DNA of 64,000 nucleotides from an uncultured Nitrososphaerota archaeon (lineage in GTDB: Archaea > Thermoproteota > Nitrososphaeria > Nitrososphaerales > CADDZS01), in NCBI GenBank assembly GCA_963799845.1, contig CAWCYI010000004.1, positions 1,376,001 to 1,440,000 on the forward strand. The letters run 5' to 3'. The notes under the pieces were generated by a model. That model did no database searches and was not told the DNA's origin. It saw only the letters and a program-made list of their open reading frames with translations. The position numbers were made by a program, and so were the translations under genes. Below are positions 40,557-50,549 of this stretch, piece by piece. Numbering within the stretch: position 1 is the first letter of the stretch; every line of letters starts with the position of its first letter.

Positions 40557-41183
40557 TCATCCGGTTGAATATAGTAAATACGAAGCAGCCGACAGCGGAA
40601 GGCCGATGTCCGCAAGCTCGTCACCAAGCCTTACTTCGTGTTTCAGTTTTCCCAGACCTGAAAGCGTACCGACATCGACTCCCCGGTGCCTGTTGAGTCT
40701 CTCCCTCGTTTCAAGATCGATTTCATTGACGTCGTGATAAGGGAAATTCACGAGCCTGCAGATGTACTTTGTTCCGCTCAGGTGGTGTTTCATCGATTTC
40801 CCCTCTGGAAGACTCTTGAACATGTAAACCTGGTTACCATGAGAAAAACAATTGGTCTTGATTTTCAATATCAGTTTCCCAGCTCCCTCGTAAACCGTCG
40901 TGGAAAAGGGAGATAACACTCCGTCAACCTTGGGATCAAAATGAAAAATCTTGGAACCATCTTCTGTTCGAAGTAAAGTACCCAGAACATTCTCTTTTTC
41001 AAGATGAGCGACCAATTTCCCAGATTGCATGATATCTGCATCCCTTGGGCTACCCGTCCTTCGCACGACGTATTCCACTTCCAAAGGATCTCTATCGAAT
41101 GATATTTTGAACGATCCCCACATTTGAAGTTTCGCGAGAAATTTTCCGGGATAAGTGTATACTCTATTGATTTTTGACAACAA
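40557..41183 (-). CDS. Hypothetical protein
   Basis: 208-aa ORF with beta-rich pattern; no family recognised. Confidence 0.6.
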   Translation of the reverse strand: MLSKINRVYTYPGKFLAKLQMWGSFKISFDRDPLEVEYVVRRTGSPRDADIMQSGKLVAHLEKENVLGTLLRTEDGSKIFHFDPKVDGVLSPFSTTVYEGAGKLILKIKTNCFSHGNQVYMFKSLPEGKSMKHHLSGTKYICRLVNFPYHDVNEIDLETRERLNRHRGVDVGTLSGLGKLKHEVRLGDELADIGLPLSAASYLLYSTG

Positions 41184-41239
41184 TGTTGAAAAAAGGAATT
41201 ATTAGCTGAATTCAGCCTCGTCCCTGGCAATCGATCCGA

Positions 41240-43096
41240 ATGGACTCGAATACAATCAGTCTCCGGAGGATTAAACACTCCGACCTTTTTGCATACAAAC
41301 CAATTTCTGACTACGGGATAATTGGGGACATGAAAAGCTGCGCTCTTGTGGGCGTGGACGGTTCCATCGACTGGTTCTGCGTGCCGAGGTTTGATTCTCC
41401 AAGCGTCTTCGGCGCGATAGTTGATTCGGAAAAGGGTGGCAGATTCCTGATTTGCCCGAGCGCAGATTCTTTTGGGACTACCCAATCATACGAACCACTT
41501 ACGAATGTCCTCGTAACAAATTTTTCATTCAATTCCTCTAATGTGACCCTGACCGATTTCATGCCCTGCTTCAATGTCGACAATACAATCGTTTCGTCCG
41601 GCGAAATTCACCGAAGATTGCAGTGCACAAATGGGACAATGGAAATCGAAGCGCATTTTGAACCCCGTTTCGCATACGGCTCAATTGTCCCGGAAAAATA
41701 CTGGACCAAAGGAATGGGTTACTCATTTTCCTCTCCCGCGTCAGACCAAGACGTAACCCTGCTGACAAACATGGAATTTCAGGAAATTGGCAAGGGTACA
41801 ATCTATTCCAAATTTGTAATGAAAGCAGGCGACAAGATCGATCTTGTGGTAAAATACGGTGGAACCAGATTTTATCACGCGGATGACACGTACACGGACA
41901 TCAAGCTGAAGGAGACGCGCGAATTCTGGAAGGGATGGGTGGAAAGATGCAATTTCATGGGGAAGTGGAAAGATCAAGTCCTGAGGTCCGCGCTCGTCCT
42001 GAAGCTGCTGGTCTACTCCCCCACCGGTGCGATAATCGCAGCGCCCACAACGTCCCTGCCGGAAGAAATAGGAGGTAAGAGGAACTGGGACTATCGATTT
42101 TCGTGGATCAGGGATTCATCCTTTGTAATCTGGGCTTTCCATTCTCTGGGTTTTGACGAGGAAGCGGACAGTTATCTCGATTGGTTATTGAGCGGATTCT
42201 GCCTGATGATCGACAGCCTGCAGCCGATGCTGGGAATCGCTGGCGAGCGCAATTTGGTTGAGCGATCCCTCGACCGTCTCTCCGGCTACAAGGGATCAGT
42301 CCCGGTTAGAATAGGAAACGACGCGTGGAACCAGTTCCAGCTCGACCTCTACGGAATATTCATCGACGCGCTGTACTTCTCCCACAAACACGGTCGCGGC
42401 ATAGATCGCAAGATGTTCGACTACCTTATTCGCCCGATGATCTCAGCGCTCGAGGACATGTGGACAAAGCCCGATTCCGGCATCTGGGAAGTTCGTTCGC
42501 AGAACGAGCACTTTGTCTATTCGAAGATGTGGGCATGGGTCGGAGTCGACAGGGCGCTAAAGATCGCGGATGAACTCGACTACTCCGTAGATGTGGAAAA
42601 GTGGTCAGCCCTCCGCGAGAAAATAAGATCCGAGATTTACTCCAAGGGTTTTGATGAAACATTGGGCTCGTTCGTCCGTGCTTTTGGATCAAATGAGCTC
42701 GACGCTGCAAATCTACTGATGCCGCAGGTCAGGTTCATTTCGGCAAACGATCCGAAAATGATCTCAACAATCGATGCCACAGTTAAGAAGCTGCTCACTG
42801 GAGGAAAATTCGTGTACCGTTACCTTGCCGAAGACGGCCTCCCGGGCAAGGAAGGCGCGTTTCTCATCTGCACATTCTGGCTCGTCAATTGTTTGACCAT
42901 GGCGGGGAGACTCAAGGAGGCTGAGCAGCTAATGGATTCGGTCGTCGGCTACGCAAACCACTTGGGACTTTTCTCCGAGGAGATCGATCCCCAAACCGGC
43001 GGCATGTTGGGAAATTTTCCGCAGGCGTTCACCCACATGGGTTTCATCACCGCCGCGGTCAACCTGAGCAACGCGATGGAAAAATCCCGGAATTAG
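41240..43096 (+). CDS. Glycoside hydrolase family 15 (trehalase/glucoamylase-like)
   Basis: DYGIIGD...ALV..DGSIDW.C.PRFDSPS, AAPTTSLPE..GG.RNWDYR, GIWEVR, GNFPQAFTH. Confidence 0.95.
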   Translation: MDSNTISLRRIKHSDLFAYKPISDYGIIGDMKSCALVGVDGSIDWFCVPRFDSPSVFGAIVDSEKGGRFLICPSADSFGTTQSYEPLTNVLVTNFSFNSSNVTLTDFMPCFNVDNTIVSSGEIHRRLQCTNGTMEIEAHFEPRFAYGSIVPEKYWTKGMGYSFSSPASDQDVTLLTNMEFQEIGKGTIYSKFVMKAGDKIDLVVKYGGTRFYHADDTYTDIKLKETREFWKGWVERCNFMGKWKDQVLRSALVLKLLVYSPTGAIIAAPTTSLPEEIGGKRNWDYRFSWIRDSSFVIWAFHSLGFDEEADSYLDWLLSGFCLMIDSLQPMLGIAGERNLVERSLDRLSGYKGSVPVRIGNDAWNQFQLDLYGIFIDALYFSHKHGRGIDRKMFDYLIRPMISALEDMWTKPDSGIWEVRSQNEHFVYSKMWAWVGVDRALKIADELDYSVDVEKWSALREKIRSEIYSKGFDETLGSFVRAFGSNELDAANLLMPQVRFISANDPKMISTIDATVKKLLTGGKFVYRYLAEDGLPGKEGAFLICTFWLVNCLTMAGRLKEAEQLMDSVVGYANHLGLFSEEIDPQTGGMLGNFPQAFTHMGFITAAVNLSNAMEKSRN

Positions 43097-44058
43097 TTCG
43101 TCATTTCTATCTTCTCGCCTTCAGCCGACGGGTAGTAATCGATCTTGATTTCGCGGCAGACCTTCTCTATCTCGTTCAGCTCCTGTATCGACAGTTGAAA
43201 GTCAAGCGAGCCTAGGTTCTCTCTCGCCTGTGCAGAATTCTTGACTCCCGGGATCGGGATTACGAGGGGATTTGAGGCAAGCCAGTTCAGCGCGACCTGC
43301 GAGACAGTGCACATGTGAGCTTTCGCGATGTTCGAAAGTACGGAAATTATTTTTTCGACCTGCAGCATGTTCTTTTCGACGAAAAGGATGTTCTCTGCGC
43401 GAACGTCACCCTTGGGCATGTTTTTCGAATTGTACTTTCCAGACAGCGCGCCCTGAGCCAGCGGGCTCCATGCTAGAACTGTGATATTTTCCCTCTTGCA
43501 GTACGGCATGACTTCTTTTTCGATGTTTCGCTGGAGGAGGTTGTACCTGAGCTGGTTTGACGCGATGTCAGTTCTCGAAAGATAAGACCTCGCTTCCTCC
43601 AGATCTCTCACCGCAAAGTTGCTCACGCCGATCGCCCTGATCTTTCCCTCAAGGTACAATTTCTCAAGAGCTTTAATCGTCTCCCGGAGCGGAATCTGCT
43701 CCCACGGATCTGGCCAGTGCACCTGGTATAGGTCGATTGAGCTGACTCCCAGTCTTCGCATGCTAGCAGCTGCGGCTTTCTGGAGTTCGTCGTACCCCAG
43801 ATGCGCTCCCGCAACCTTGGTCGCAATCACGAACTTTTCGCGGCCTAGCTGGGCCAATGCTCGCCCGAGAACTTTTTCGCTCCTACCTCCGCCGTACATT
43901 TCGGCGGTGTCGATCAGGTTAACTCCGAGTTCACCCGCGGTCTCTATCGCCTTGATGACCTGCTCGTCGTCCCCGTGCCACTCATCGCTGGCCTGCCAGA
44001 CGCCAATGCCAATCTTCGAAACCTTGATATCACTCCGCCCGAGGTTGATGTACTGCAT
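43093..44058 (-). CDS. Aldo/keto reductase
   Basis: DTAEMYG, ATK, IDLYQVHWPD, GVSNF, WSPLAQG, IPG. Confidence 0.95.
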   Translation of the reverse strand: MQYINLGRSDIKVSKIGIGVWQASDEWHGDDEQVIKAIETAGELGVNLIDTAEMYGGGRSEKVLGRALAQLGREKFVIATKVAGAHLGYDELQKAAAASMRRLGVSSIDLYQVHWPDPWEQIPLRETIKALEKLYLEGKIRAIGVSNFAVRDLEEARSYLSRTDIASNQLRYNLLQRNIEKEVMPYCKRENITVLAWSPLAQGALSGKYNSKNMPKGDVRAENILFVEKNMLQVEKIISVLSNIAKAHMCTVSQVALNWLASNPLVIPIPGVKNSAQARENLGSLDFQLSIQELNEIEKVCREIKIDYYPSAEGEKIEMTN

Positions 44059-44151
44059 GAGACTGACTTAATGGAGCGTGCTTTAGTAAAGCGTTTCTCT
44101 GAACGAATACTCCAGGAGCCGCAGATAAATGCGTATGAATTCTTTGTCTGC

Positions 44152-45450
44152 TTACTCTAGGAAAGAATCTTGAAAATAGATGTTGTCATTTTCGCTCAAG
44201 GCCGACTTGAAGGCTTTTTCGAGCTCTTCTTCGGTCGCCTTTTTCTTGGGCTTTTTCACTTCTTTGGAAATGGAGTCTTTTGCCGGTTCTTCTATTTTCG
44301 GGGGGACCAATATTTCTTGTGAGATCACGGGCTTTGGCTGTTCCACCGGTGCGTTTTGCCTAGTCTCTAGTTTTGGTTGTTCGATCGGTGTCTCGTGCCT
44401 GATCTCCGGGATCGAATACTTGACCACAATCGGAGGAGTAGATTCGCTGGGTTCTGGGGCAATCCCGATCTTTCCGGTAACCCATCCCTCATTCTCGTAA
44501 GTCTTGAGCACCTGGTTCAGACTTGGCGAGGAAGTGTTCGAAAGAGTTGGAACCTCCATCGGGCTTGGTGTCTGTCCGCGCTCAATCGAGTTGATCACTT
44601 TCTCGACCTCTTCCAGCGCCTTCAGTTTCACCTCGTCCGCCACGGGAACTTTGAGCTCGGCATCCTTGTCAAGCAGCCCTATGAACAAGCGGCCTGTATT
44701 CGAGTCGAACATGTCCTCCATCACGCGCATCTCGCGTCCCTGAAATGCTTCAATCAATCCGACTACGATGCCTTGGATGAAATGATTTCCCGTCGCTTCG
44801 CCGCGCTCTGACAGCGGCGGATCGCGGATGATTGCCTGCACTGTTTTTTCTTTCGAGTCAAGCAAACTGAATCTGCCCATCCCGGCAGCTTTGAAGTAGT
44901 CGTTCACGTTGTCCTGAATTATTCGATCGGGACAATCACGCGGGAATTTTCCGCGGATCTGCCTGACCGTGTCGAGGGCGTAAATTCGTCCAACCTCGAC
45001 CAGAGCAGCTTTTTCCTCGGGTGTGCCCAGTTGATGCTCGATGAGGAAGGTGAACTGCGAGTCCAGGATCACGACCCGATTGTCGAGGAGAGTAATCGGG
45101 AAGAAGAATCCGTCGAATAGGCGGTTTTCCGAACTGACTGAGCGCGCGTGCCGAACGGATTTCAGGAGTCTCAGTTCGACGACGAGCCCATCGGGGGTAA
45201 TGTCCGCGTTTCGCAGGTCGCATGATAAACATAGTACAAACTCGTGACTAGAATCATCGAGATAACCAAAATGGGATGCAATCTTCACGCGGTGCTTCAA
45301 GAAAAGATTCAGGACTTGGGCCTGAGTGGAAATCTTCTTTTCGTCCCGACCGGAAACCAGGAACGCGTGCTTTTTTCGATCGCCCGCGGTCGTTTGACCC
45401 AACTTGTATGGATAGTTATCGGGACCTGTCGGGACTTGTCCTGGAATCAT
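44152..45450 (-). CDS. Hypothetical protein: ACT-like + V4R-like domains with Pro/Glu-rich tail
   Basis: N-terminal ACT-like segment, FFPI...NRVVI, AAGMGRF, HFIQGIVVG (V4R-like), low-complexity tail. Confidence 0.6.
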   Translation of the reverse strand: MIPGQVPTGPDNYPYKLGQTTAGDRKKHAFLVSGRDEKKISTQAQVLNLFLKHRVKIASHFGYLDDSSHEFVLCLSCDLRNADITPDGLVVELRLLKSVRHARSVSSENRLFDGFFFPITLLDNRVVILDSQFTFLIEHQLGTPEEKAALVEVGRIYALDTVRQIRGKFPRDCPDRIIQDNVNDYFKAAGMGRFSLLDSKEKTVQAIIRDPPLSERGEATGNHFIQGIVVGLIEAFQGREMRVMEDMFDSNTGRLFIGLLDKDAELKVPVADEVKLKALEEVEKVINSIERGQTPSPMEVPTLSNTSSPSLNQVLKTYENEGWVTGKIGIAPEPSESTPPIVVKYSIPEIRHETPIEQPKLETRQNAPVEQPKPVISQEILVPPKIEEPAKDSISKEVKKPKKKATEEELEKAFKSALSENDNIYFQDSFLE

Positions 45451-45713
45451 CCAATGTTCGCCAGAAACTTTACGGACGATATAGCGGCTTTTGAGCTAAT
45501 TAAGAGAAATCGTAGTCTACGTCTGAATTTAGGACAAGTACAAGAAGGGGGCAGCTATATATCAGAGTAGTTGCTCTAAACCACTCCTAAATTTCAATTC
45601 ACTTGTTCCAGAAACGCCATCTAATTTAGTCGGGTCGGTATCCGAGATTAGGGAACCGAAATAATCACGAAGCGTTCTGTAAACTGCGTTGTTTCTCGAG
45701 AACTTCGATCAGT

Positions 45714-46196
45714 CTATCCGCCCTTGATCCTCATTCGGTACTTTCGTTCGCCGATTTGTTCGAACATTTCATCGAAACCTATCGCGGCCGATTTTGCCAG
45801 TGCTTTCAGTTCTGCCCGACCTCTTTGACTGAAAATCTCTTTCGGAAAAGTATTGGGCTTTGAAATATTTCTCCTCCTGTTTCTGAATTTGAGCGAGGAT
45901 GAATACCCATCGACCCTCATCTCGTCCAATTCCTGCAAAGTGAGGGAGATCTTCGTCACAGCTTTGGTTATCGTGTCCCAATCCAGTTTTCTGCCGACGT
46001 CGGATTCTACTTTCTTCCTTGTCTTTCTGGAAATGCCGGGAGCGAGCTTTGCAAGTGGGCCAAGATAGGAGAGAGTTTTCTGCTCCACTTTGCCGGCGCT
46101 CCGTTTACCTTCCACGAGATACAGATAACGCCTGCCGGAGATCTTTTTGACTCTTACGTACAAACCTGCTGCCTTTTCCAAATTATGTAGATTCAA
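45714..46196 (-). CDS. Basic DNA-binding protein with integrase/transposase-like N-terminal beta-hairpin
   Basis: YVRVKKISGRRYLYLVE.KR..GKV.QK.LSYLG; no catalytic domain follows. Confidence 0.6.
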   Translation of the reverse strand: MNLHNLEKAAGLYVRVKKISGRRYLYLVEGKRSAGKVEQKTLSYLGPLAKLAPGISRKTRKKVESDVGRKLDWDTITKAVTKISLTLQELDEMRVDGYSSSLKFRNRRRNISKPNTFPKEIFSQRGRAELKALAKSAAIGFDEMFEQIGERKYRMRIKGG

Positions 46197-46241
46197 TGTT
46201 AAATGTTGTACCTAAAATGGGGTGAACGGATGGTGTGACCG

Positions 46242-46655
46242 ATGTCTGCAGGTTATTCGAAAAAATCATTGATCCAGAAGCTTGGGATCAAGGAAGGTTT
46301 CAAAATTACGATTATCAACGCACCGTCAGACTATGTTAAGAAACTGGGTAAATTGCCGCCAAATGTCGCACTTGTGGAGGCCGCATCAGAGGGAACATTC
46401 GACTTTATTCATTTTTTCACGAAGAGTCATCAGCAATTAGAAACAGAGTTTCCAAAGCTCAAAAGCAAAATTTCACAAAACGGCATTCTGTGGATTTCCT
46501 GGCCAAAACGGACTTCTGGGGAAAAGACTGACCTGAATGATAACGTTGTCAGAAAGGTGGGCTTGGATAATGGGATGGCCGATGTCAAGGTGGCAGCAAT
46601 CGATGAGACTTGGTCCGGACTCAAATTCGTATTCAGGATCAGAGATAGAAAATAA
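46242..46655 (+). CDS. DUF3052 family protein
   Basis: GYS...L..KLGIK, LWISWPK, D.KVAAIDETWSGLKFV.R. Confidence 0.88.
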   Translation: MSAGYSKKSLIQKLGIKEGFKITIINAPSDYVKKLGKLPPNVALVEAASEGTFDFIHFFTKSHQQLETEFPKLKSKISQNGILWISWPKRTSGEKTDLNDNVVRKVGLDNGMADVKVAAIDETWSGLKFVFRIRDRK

Positions 46656-46660
46656 AATCC

Positions 46661-47440
46661 TCAATCTTTGAAATAAGCTTCTGGCTTTCGCTCCGAGAGC
46701 CTTTCTTTTCTCAGAGCGGTTGTCTCACCGCTGAAGGACAACTTTGAAACGTATATCCTCTTCCCCGTTGACGACTTTACAAGCTCCTGAACCTTCATTA
46801 TGCCCTGCGCTTTTTCATACTTCAGTCCCAGCAGCACGCTGCCACCCGGAACGCGATTTCTCAGAAAAGGATTGGCTGCGACTATCGGTACCCTGTTTTC
46901 AAGGACGCGCGCCGTGATGTACGCCCGCCACGGTTCGATTCCGAGGGTGGTGATGAGGGAGGGATTGAGGATGACTTCGGCGCCCTTGAGAACGAGCGTC
47001 CTCGCGCTCTCGGGGAACACCACATCGTGACAGACCATGACTCCGACGTTTATGCCGTCTATCTTGAACGGATCGAAACTGTTTCCCCCGATCGCGATGT
47101 TATTTTCCCTGCGAAACAGGTGGACCTTTTTTTGTTTTGAAATTATTTTTCCATCGGGAGAGATCGTGGGGCTCACAAAGAAGGTACTCGATTCAGACGA
47201 GTCGAATATTCCGCCGAGATTGATGTATGCGCTCAGTTCTTTTGCTAGATCGGAAAAAATTCCGTAAATTTCATCGTCGGATGTCAATACCCTGTCGATC
47301 AGCCAGTGCTCAGGAAAGCAGACCAGTCTCGCGGATCGTTGCGCTGCCTTTCTTACAAATGATACCGCTTCGCGGATAGCTCTTTTCTCATCTTTCGGGT
47401 ACAGACCGCTCTGGACAAGGGCGACTGTGAGAGATTGCAT
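46661..47440 (-). CDS. Carbon-nitrogen hydrolase (nitrilase superfamily)
   Basis: Catalytic triad FPE, KVHLF, CHDVVFPE; R.LEN. Confidence 0.92.
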   Translation of the reverse strand: MQSLTVALVQSGLYPKDEKRAIREAVSFVRKAAQRSARLVCFPEHWLIDRVLTSDDEIYGIFSDLAKELSAYINLGGIFDSSESSTFFVSPTISPDGKIISKQKKVHLFRRENNIAIGGNSFDPFKIDGINVGVMVCHDVVFPESARTLVLKGAEVILNPSLITTLGIEPWRAYITARVLENRVPIVAANPFLRNRVPGGSVLLGLKYEKAQGIMKVQELVKSSTGKRIYVSKLSFSGETTALRKERLSERKPEAYFKD

Positions 47441-47446
47441 GGGTTC

Positions 47447-48721
47447 TCAGAAATTCACGAGCTTTCTTTCGATGATGAAAACCAGAATTTGCGATGCGAT
47501 TTCATCCTTGGACGCCTTTTTCAGGACTTTCGGCTCTCCTTCACCAGGAACCAGAATTACTTCGTTGTAATCAGAACCGAATCCGATATCGGCTCGGCCC
47601 ACATCGTTTGCAATTACCAGATCTGATCCAGACTTTTCCAGGCTCTCCCTCGCCTTGCGTATGAGCTCGCCCTCATTCACTCCGTACTCAGCCTTGAACG
47701 CGACGACGCAGATATCCGGATACTTTTCTTTCACGACGCTGACGATCTTCCGGGTCGCGTTGAGCTGGATTGACAAATGATCGTTTTCCGCCGTACTGAT
47801 TTTTCCCTTCTTCGGAGACGCAACCGAGTAGTCAGCCGGAGCTCCGGCCGAGATGAATACGTCGTATTTTCCGGAAGCGAGCTCTTCCGTCACGGAGTCA
47901 AGCATGTCCTCGGTAGAAACGACGGATATTGTTTTGATCTTGCGCGCATCAAAACCTGCGGGTAGGCTGACTCCGGGGCCGAGAATCAGGCATACGTTTC
48001 CAGCGCCTCCCTTCTCGCAGGCCTGAGCGAGGGCGATTCCCATCTTGCCCGAACTCGCATTGGAAATAAACCGGACCTGATCTATCGCCTCTCTGGTTGG
48101 ACCGGCGGTGATTAGAAACCCGAGGGATTCGAGCTCGCGCGAGCCTGCAACTTCATTCTTGAACGATGCCATCACTGCTGCGAAAATATCTTCCGGCGTC
48201 GCGATCTTTGATTTCGATTCCTCCAACCTTCCTTCGACGAACTTTACGCCCAACCGTTTGAGTTTCGCAATCGACTCCACTAGGATCGGATTTCTCAACA
48301 TCGGCTCGTGCATGGCCGGCGCGATTACAAGCGGAATCTCTGTCCCGAGGGAAGTGCAGACTAGAGTCGAAACAGGATCGTCAGAAATCCCGGCCGCAAT
48401 CTTGGAAAGAGTATTTGCAGTGCACGGCGCGATTAGGATCAGATCGACCCTGTCCTTCGAAGTCACCAGCTCCACATGCTCGACCCTTCCCGTGATCTTC
48501 GTGATCGGCGCATTTCCGGTCGACCACTCAAAGATTGTTGGGGAAACTAGTTCGGCAGCTTCTTCAGTGAGGATCGCAACAACATCGGCACCGTGCCGCA
48601 TTAGAGTTCTAGCGATGCGGGGAGCTTCAGTGATCGAAACGCTTGCGGTAACGCACAGCGCAATTTTTTTCCCTGATAGCTCTTTTCCGTCGGAGCCAAT
48701 GATATCTTTCAAGTGTGACAA
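47447..48721 (-). CDS. coaBC: Phosphopantothenoylcysteine decarboxylase/ligase
   Basis: EHVEL, APCTANT.SK.A.GI.D, APAMH, ITAGPTRE.ID.VRFISNASSGKMG, FKAE, ANDV. Confidence 0.96.
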   Translation of the reverse strand: MSHLKDIIGSDGKELSGKKIALCVTASVSITEAPRIARTLMRHGADVVAILTEEAAELVSPTIFEWSTGNAPITKITGRVEHVELVTSKDRVDLILIAPCTANTLSKIAAGISDDPVSTLVCTSLGTEIPLVIAPAMHEPMLRNPILVESIAKLKRLGVKFVEGRLEESKSKIATPEDIFAAVMASFKNEVAGSRELESLGFLITAGPTREAIDQVRFISNASSGKMGIALAQACEKGGAGNVCLILGPGVSLPAGFDARKIKTISVVSTEDMLDSVTEELASGKYDVFISAGAPADYSVASPKKGKISTAENDHLSIQLNATRKIVSVVKEKYPDICVVAFKAEYGVNEGELIRKARESLEKSGSDLVIANDVGRADIGFGSDYNEVILVPGEGEPKVLKKASKDEIASQILVFIIERKLVNF

Positions 48722-48792
48722 TTAGAAAACCTGACTATTAGTTTCAAGAATTTAGCACCGCTTACCTTCTTGATCTTTTCGCGATTCCATTG

Positions 48793-48836
48793 TCAAACTA
48801 CTTCAACTGTTATCCCTAACTTCCTTGCAAGATCAA
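48793..48836 (-). pseudogene. VapC toxin tail remnant
   Basis: TTG overlaps the antitoxin stop, followed almost at once by DLARKLGITVEVV*, a typical archaeal PIN C-terminus. Confidence 0.5.
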
Positions 48837-48958
48837 CGGCCGTCTCGGTCTTCCCTCACAAGCTTGGCTGAAGTTCCTTCCGGTATCTCTGGCATTTTCC
48901 TCAAGACCTTCTTGGCACGTTCTAAAGCCGCACTCCGTTTTGCTTGTGCCAGTCTGTT
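48833..48958 (-). pseudogene. VapB-like antitoxin C-terminal remnant
   Basis: RLAQAKRSAALERAKKVLRKMPEIPEGTSAKLVREDRDGR* with the archaeal VapB S..LVREDRD end; N-terminus missing. Confidence 0.6.
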
Positions 48959-49094
48959 GCACCTCAATCTGATCACTCGTTGATTCTGAGCCTTATGCTG
49001 CGAACTCTCTGGGAATCCGACGATAACAACCTTTTCGACTAATTTCGGCTCACAAGTAAACTCTTAGACTAAGCAAAACAAGTCCCCCACACAA

Positions 49095-49878
49095 GTGAAC
49101 TCAGAAAAAGATTATCCCGAGCACGTTCGGTGCAATCGTGCAGCGTGGAAGAAGTTTTCAGTAGATTACGCAGAACCTGGCCGGCGGGCTTGGCGGGAAG
49201 AACCACACTGGGGTATCTGGCACATACCAGAAAAAGAAGTCCAGCTGCTGCCTGAAGTTGCCGGACGCGATGTCATTGAATTGGGCTGCGGAACTGCTTA
49301 CATATCTGCTTGGCTCGCGCGACGCGGAGCTGAGAGTCACGGGAATCGACATCTCCGAAGAACAGCTGAAGACTGCGCGATCACTACAAGCCGAGCATCG
49401 TCTCAACTTTCCACTGATCCATGGCAGCGCAGAGCAAGTACCGCTGCCCGATGCTTCCTTTGACCTTGCCATTAGCGAGTACGGCGCAAGCATCTGGTGC
49501 GATCCGTACAGGTGGATTCCGGAAGCGTCACGCCTGCTGCGCCCCGACGGCCAGCTTATCTTCCTGGTCAACGGAACGATTCTCGTACTCTGCATGCCGG
49601 ACGACGAGAGCAAGCCCACTACTCCCGAGCTCCTCAGAACTTACTTTGGCATGCGTCGCTTCGAGTGGTCGGAAGGAGACGAATCGGTCGAGTTTCACCT
49701 TGGCTACGGGGAATGGATCCGTCTCCTGCGAGCGAATGGTTTTGAAATTGAAAATTTGATAGAGCTCAGGCCTCCAGAGGGTGCAACGACCCGCTATCCA
49801 TTTGTGACACTGGAGTGGGCGCGGCGCTGGCCTTCGGAAGAGGTATGGATAGCTCGAAAGCGCGGGCCGCTGAAATGA
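49095..49878 (+). CDS. Class I SAM-dependent methyltransferase (frameshift near 49330)
   Basis: DVIELGCGTAY.SAWL; GIDISEEQL, FDLAISEYGASIWCDPY.W.PEA.RLLRP.G. Confidence 0.9.
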
Positions 49879-50549
49879 AGATACTCAAGACGATTCGCAG
49901 TGCAGACGTTCGGCGGGTGTTTAACGACATCACATTAGAAATTATCAGCAGCAGGGACTACTTGACCGAACTCGATTCAATTGGTGGCGACGGTGATCAT
50001 GGTGTAAATCTGGAGAGAGGATTTCTTCAGGTCAGAGCTCAACTAGGACAGCTTGGTGGCGAGGACATCGGATCAATTCTGACTTCGGTGGGGTCGATCC
50101 TGATGTCAACCGTAGGCGGCTCAACTGGTTCACTTTACGGAGCTTCGCTGATAAAAGCCGGTAGTGCTTGTAAAGGAAAGACGGAACTCACGGACCAGGA
50201 TGTCTCGAAGATCTTTCAGGAATGTGAAAATGCCATCGCGAACCTAGGCGGAGCGAAACCTGGTGATAAGACGATGCTGGATGTCCTTCATCCAGCTAGG
50301 GAAGCAATATCTCAGGCAGCTTCTGAGAGTGACGACCTCGTTTACATCCTGGCTGAGGGTGCAAGAGCTGCGCGGCTCGGCCTTGAAAGTACTAAATCGA
50401 TGGTCGCCCGAAAGGGGAGAGCGATGTACCTCGGGAATCGGACTCTCGGACATTATGATGTCGGCGCGGCGTCGCTATGCCTGATGATAGAATCGTGCGC
50501 GAGAACGTTAAAAGCGATAGATTCGAGTGAGACGGGAGAAAACGCCTAG
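49875..50549 (+). CDS. dhaL: Dihydroxyacetone kinase ADP-binding subunit
   Basis: LTELD..GGDGDHGVNL.RGF, GGSTG.LYG, PGDKTMLD, KGRAMYLG.R, D.GA.S; ATGA overlap with the upstream gene. Confidence 0.92.
   Translation: MKILKTIRSADVRRVFNDITLEIISSRDYLTELDSIGGDGDHGVNLERGFLQVRAQLGQLGGEDIGSILTSVGSILMSTVGGSTGSLYGASLIKAGSACKGKTELTDQDVSKIFQECENAIANLGGAKPGDKTMLDVLHPAREAISQAASESDDLVYILAEGARAARLGLESTKSMVARKGRAMYLGNRTLGHYDVGAASLCLMIESCARTLKAIDSSETGENA

Noticed and set aside
45450-46240. Intact IS element or provirus
   Set aside because: No catalytic transposase/integrase, terminal inverted repeats or structural genes detected.
48108-48725. 205-aa plus-strand ORF
   Set aside because: Antisense shadow of coaBC.
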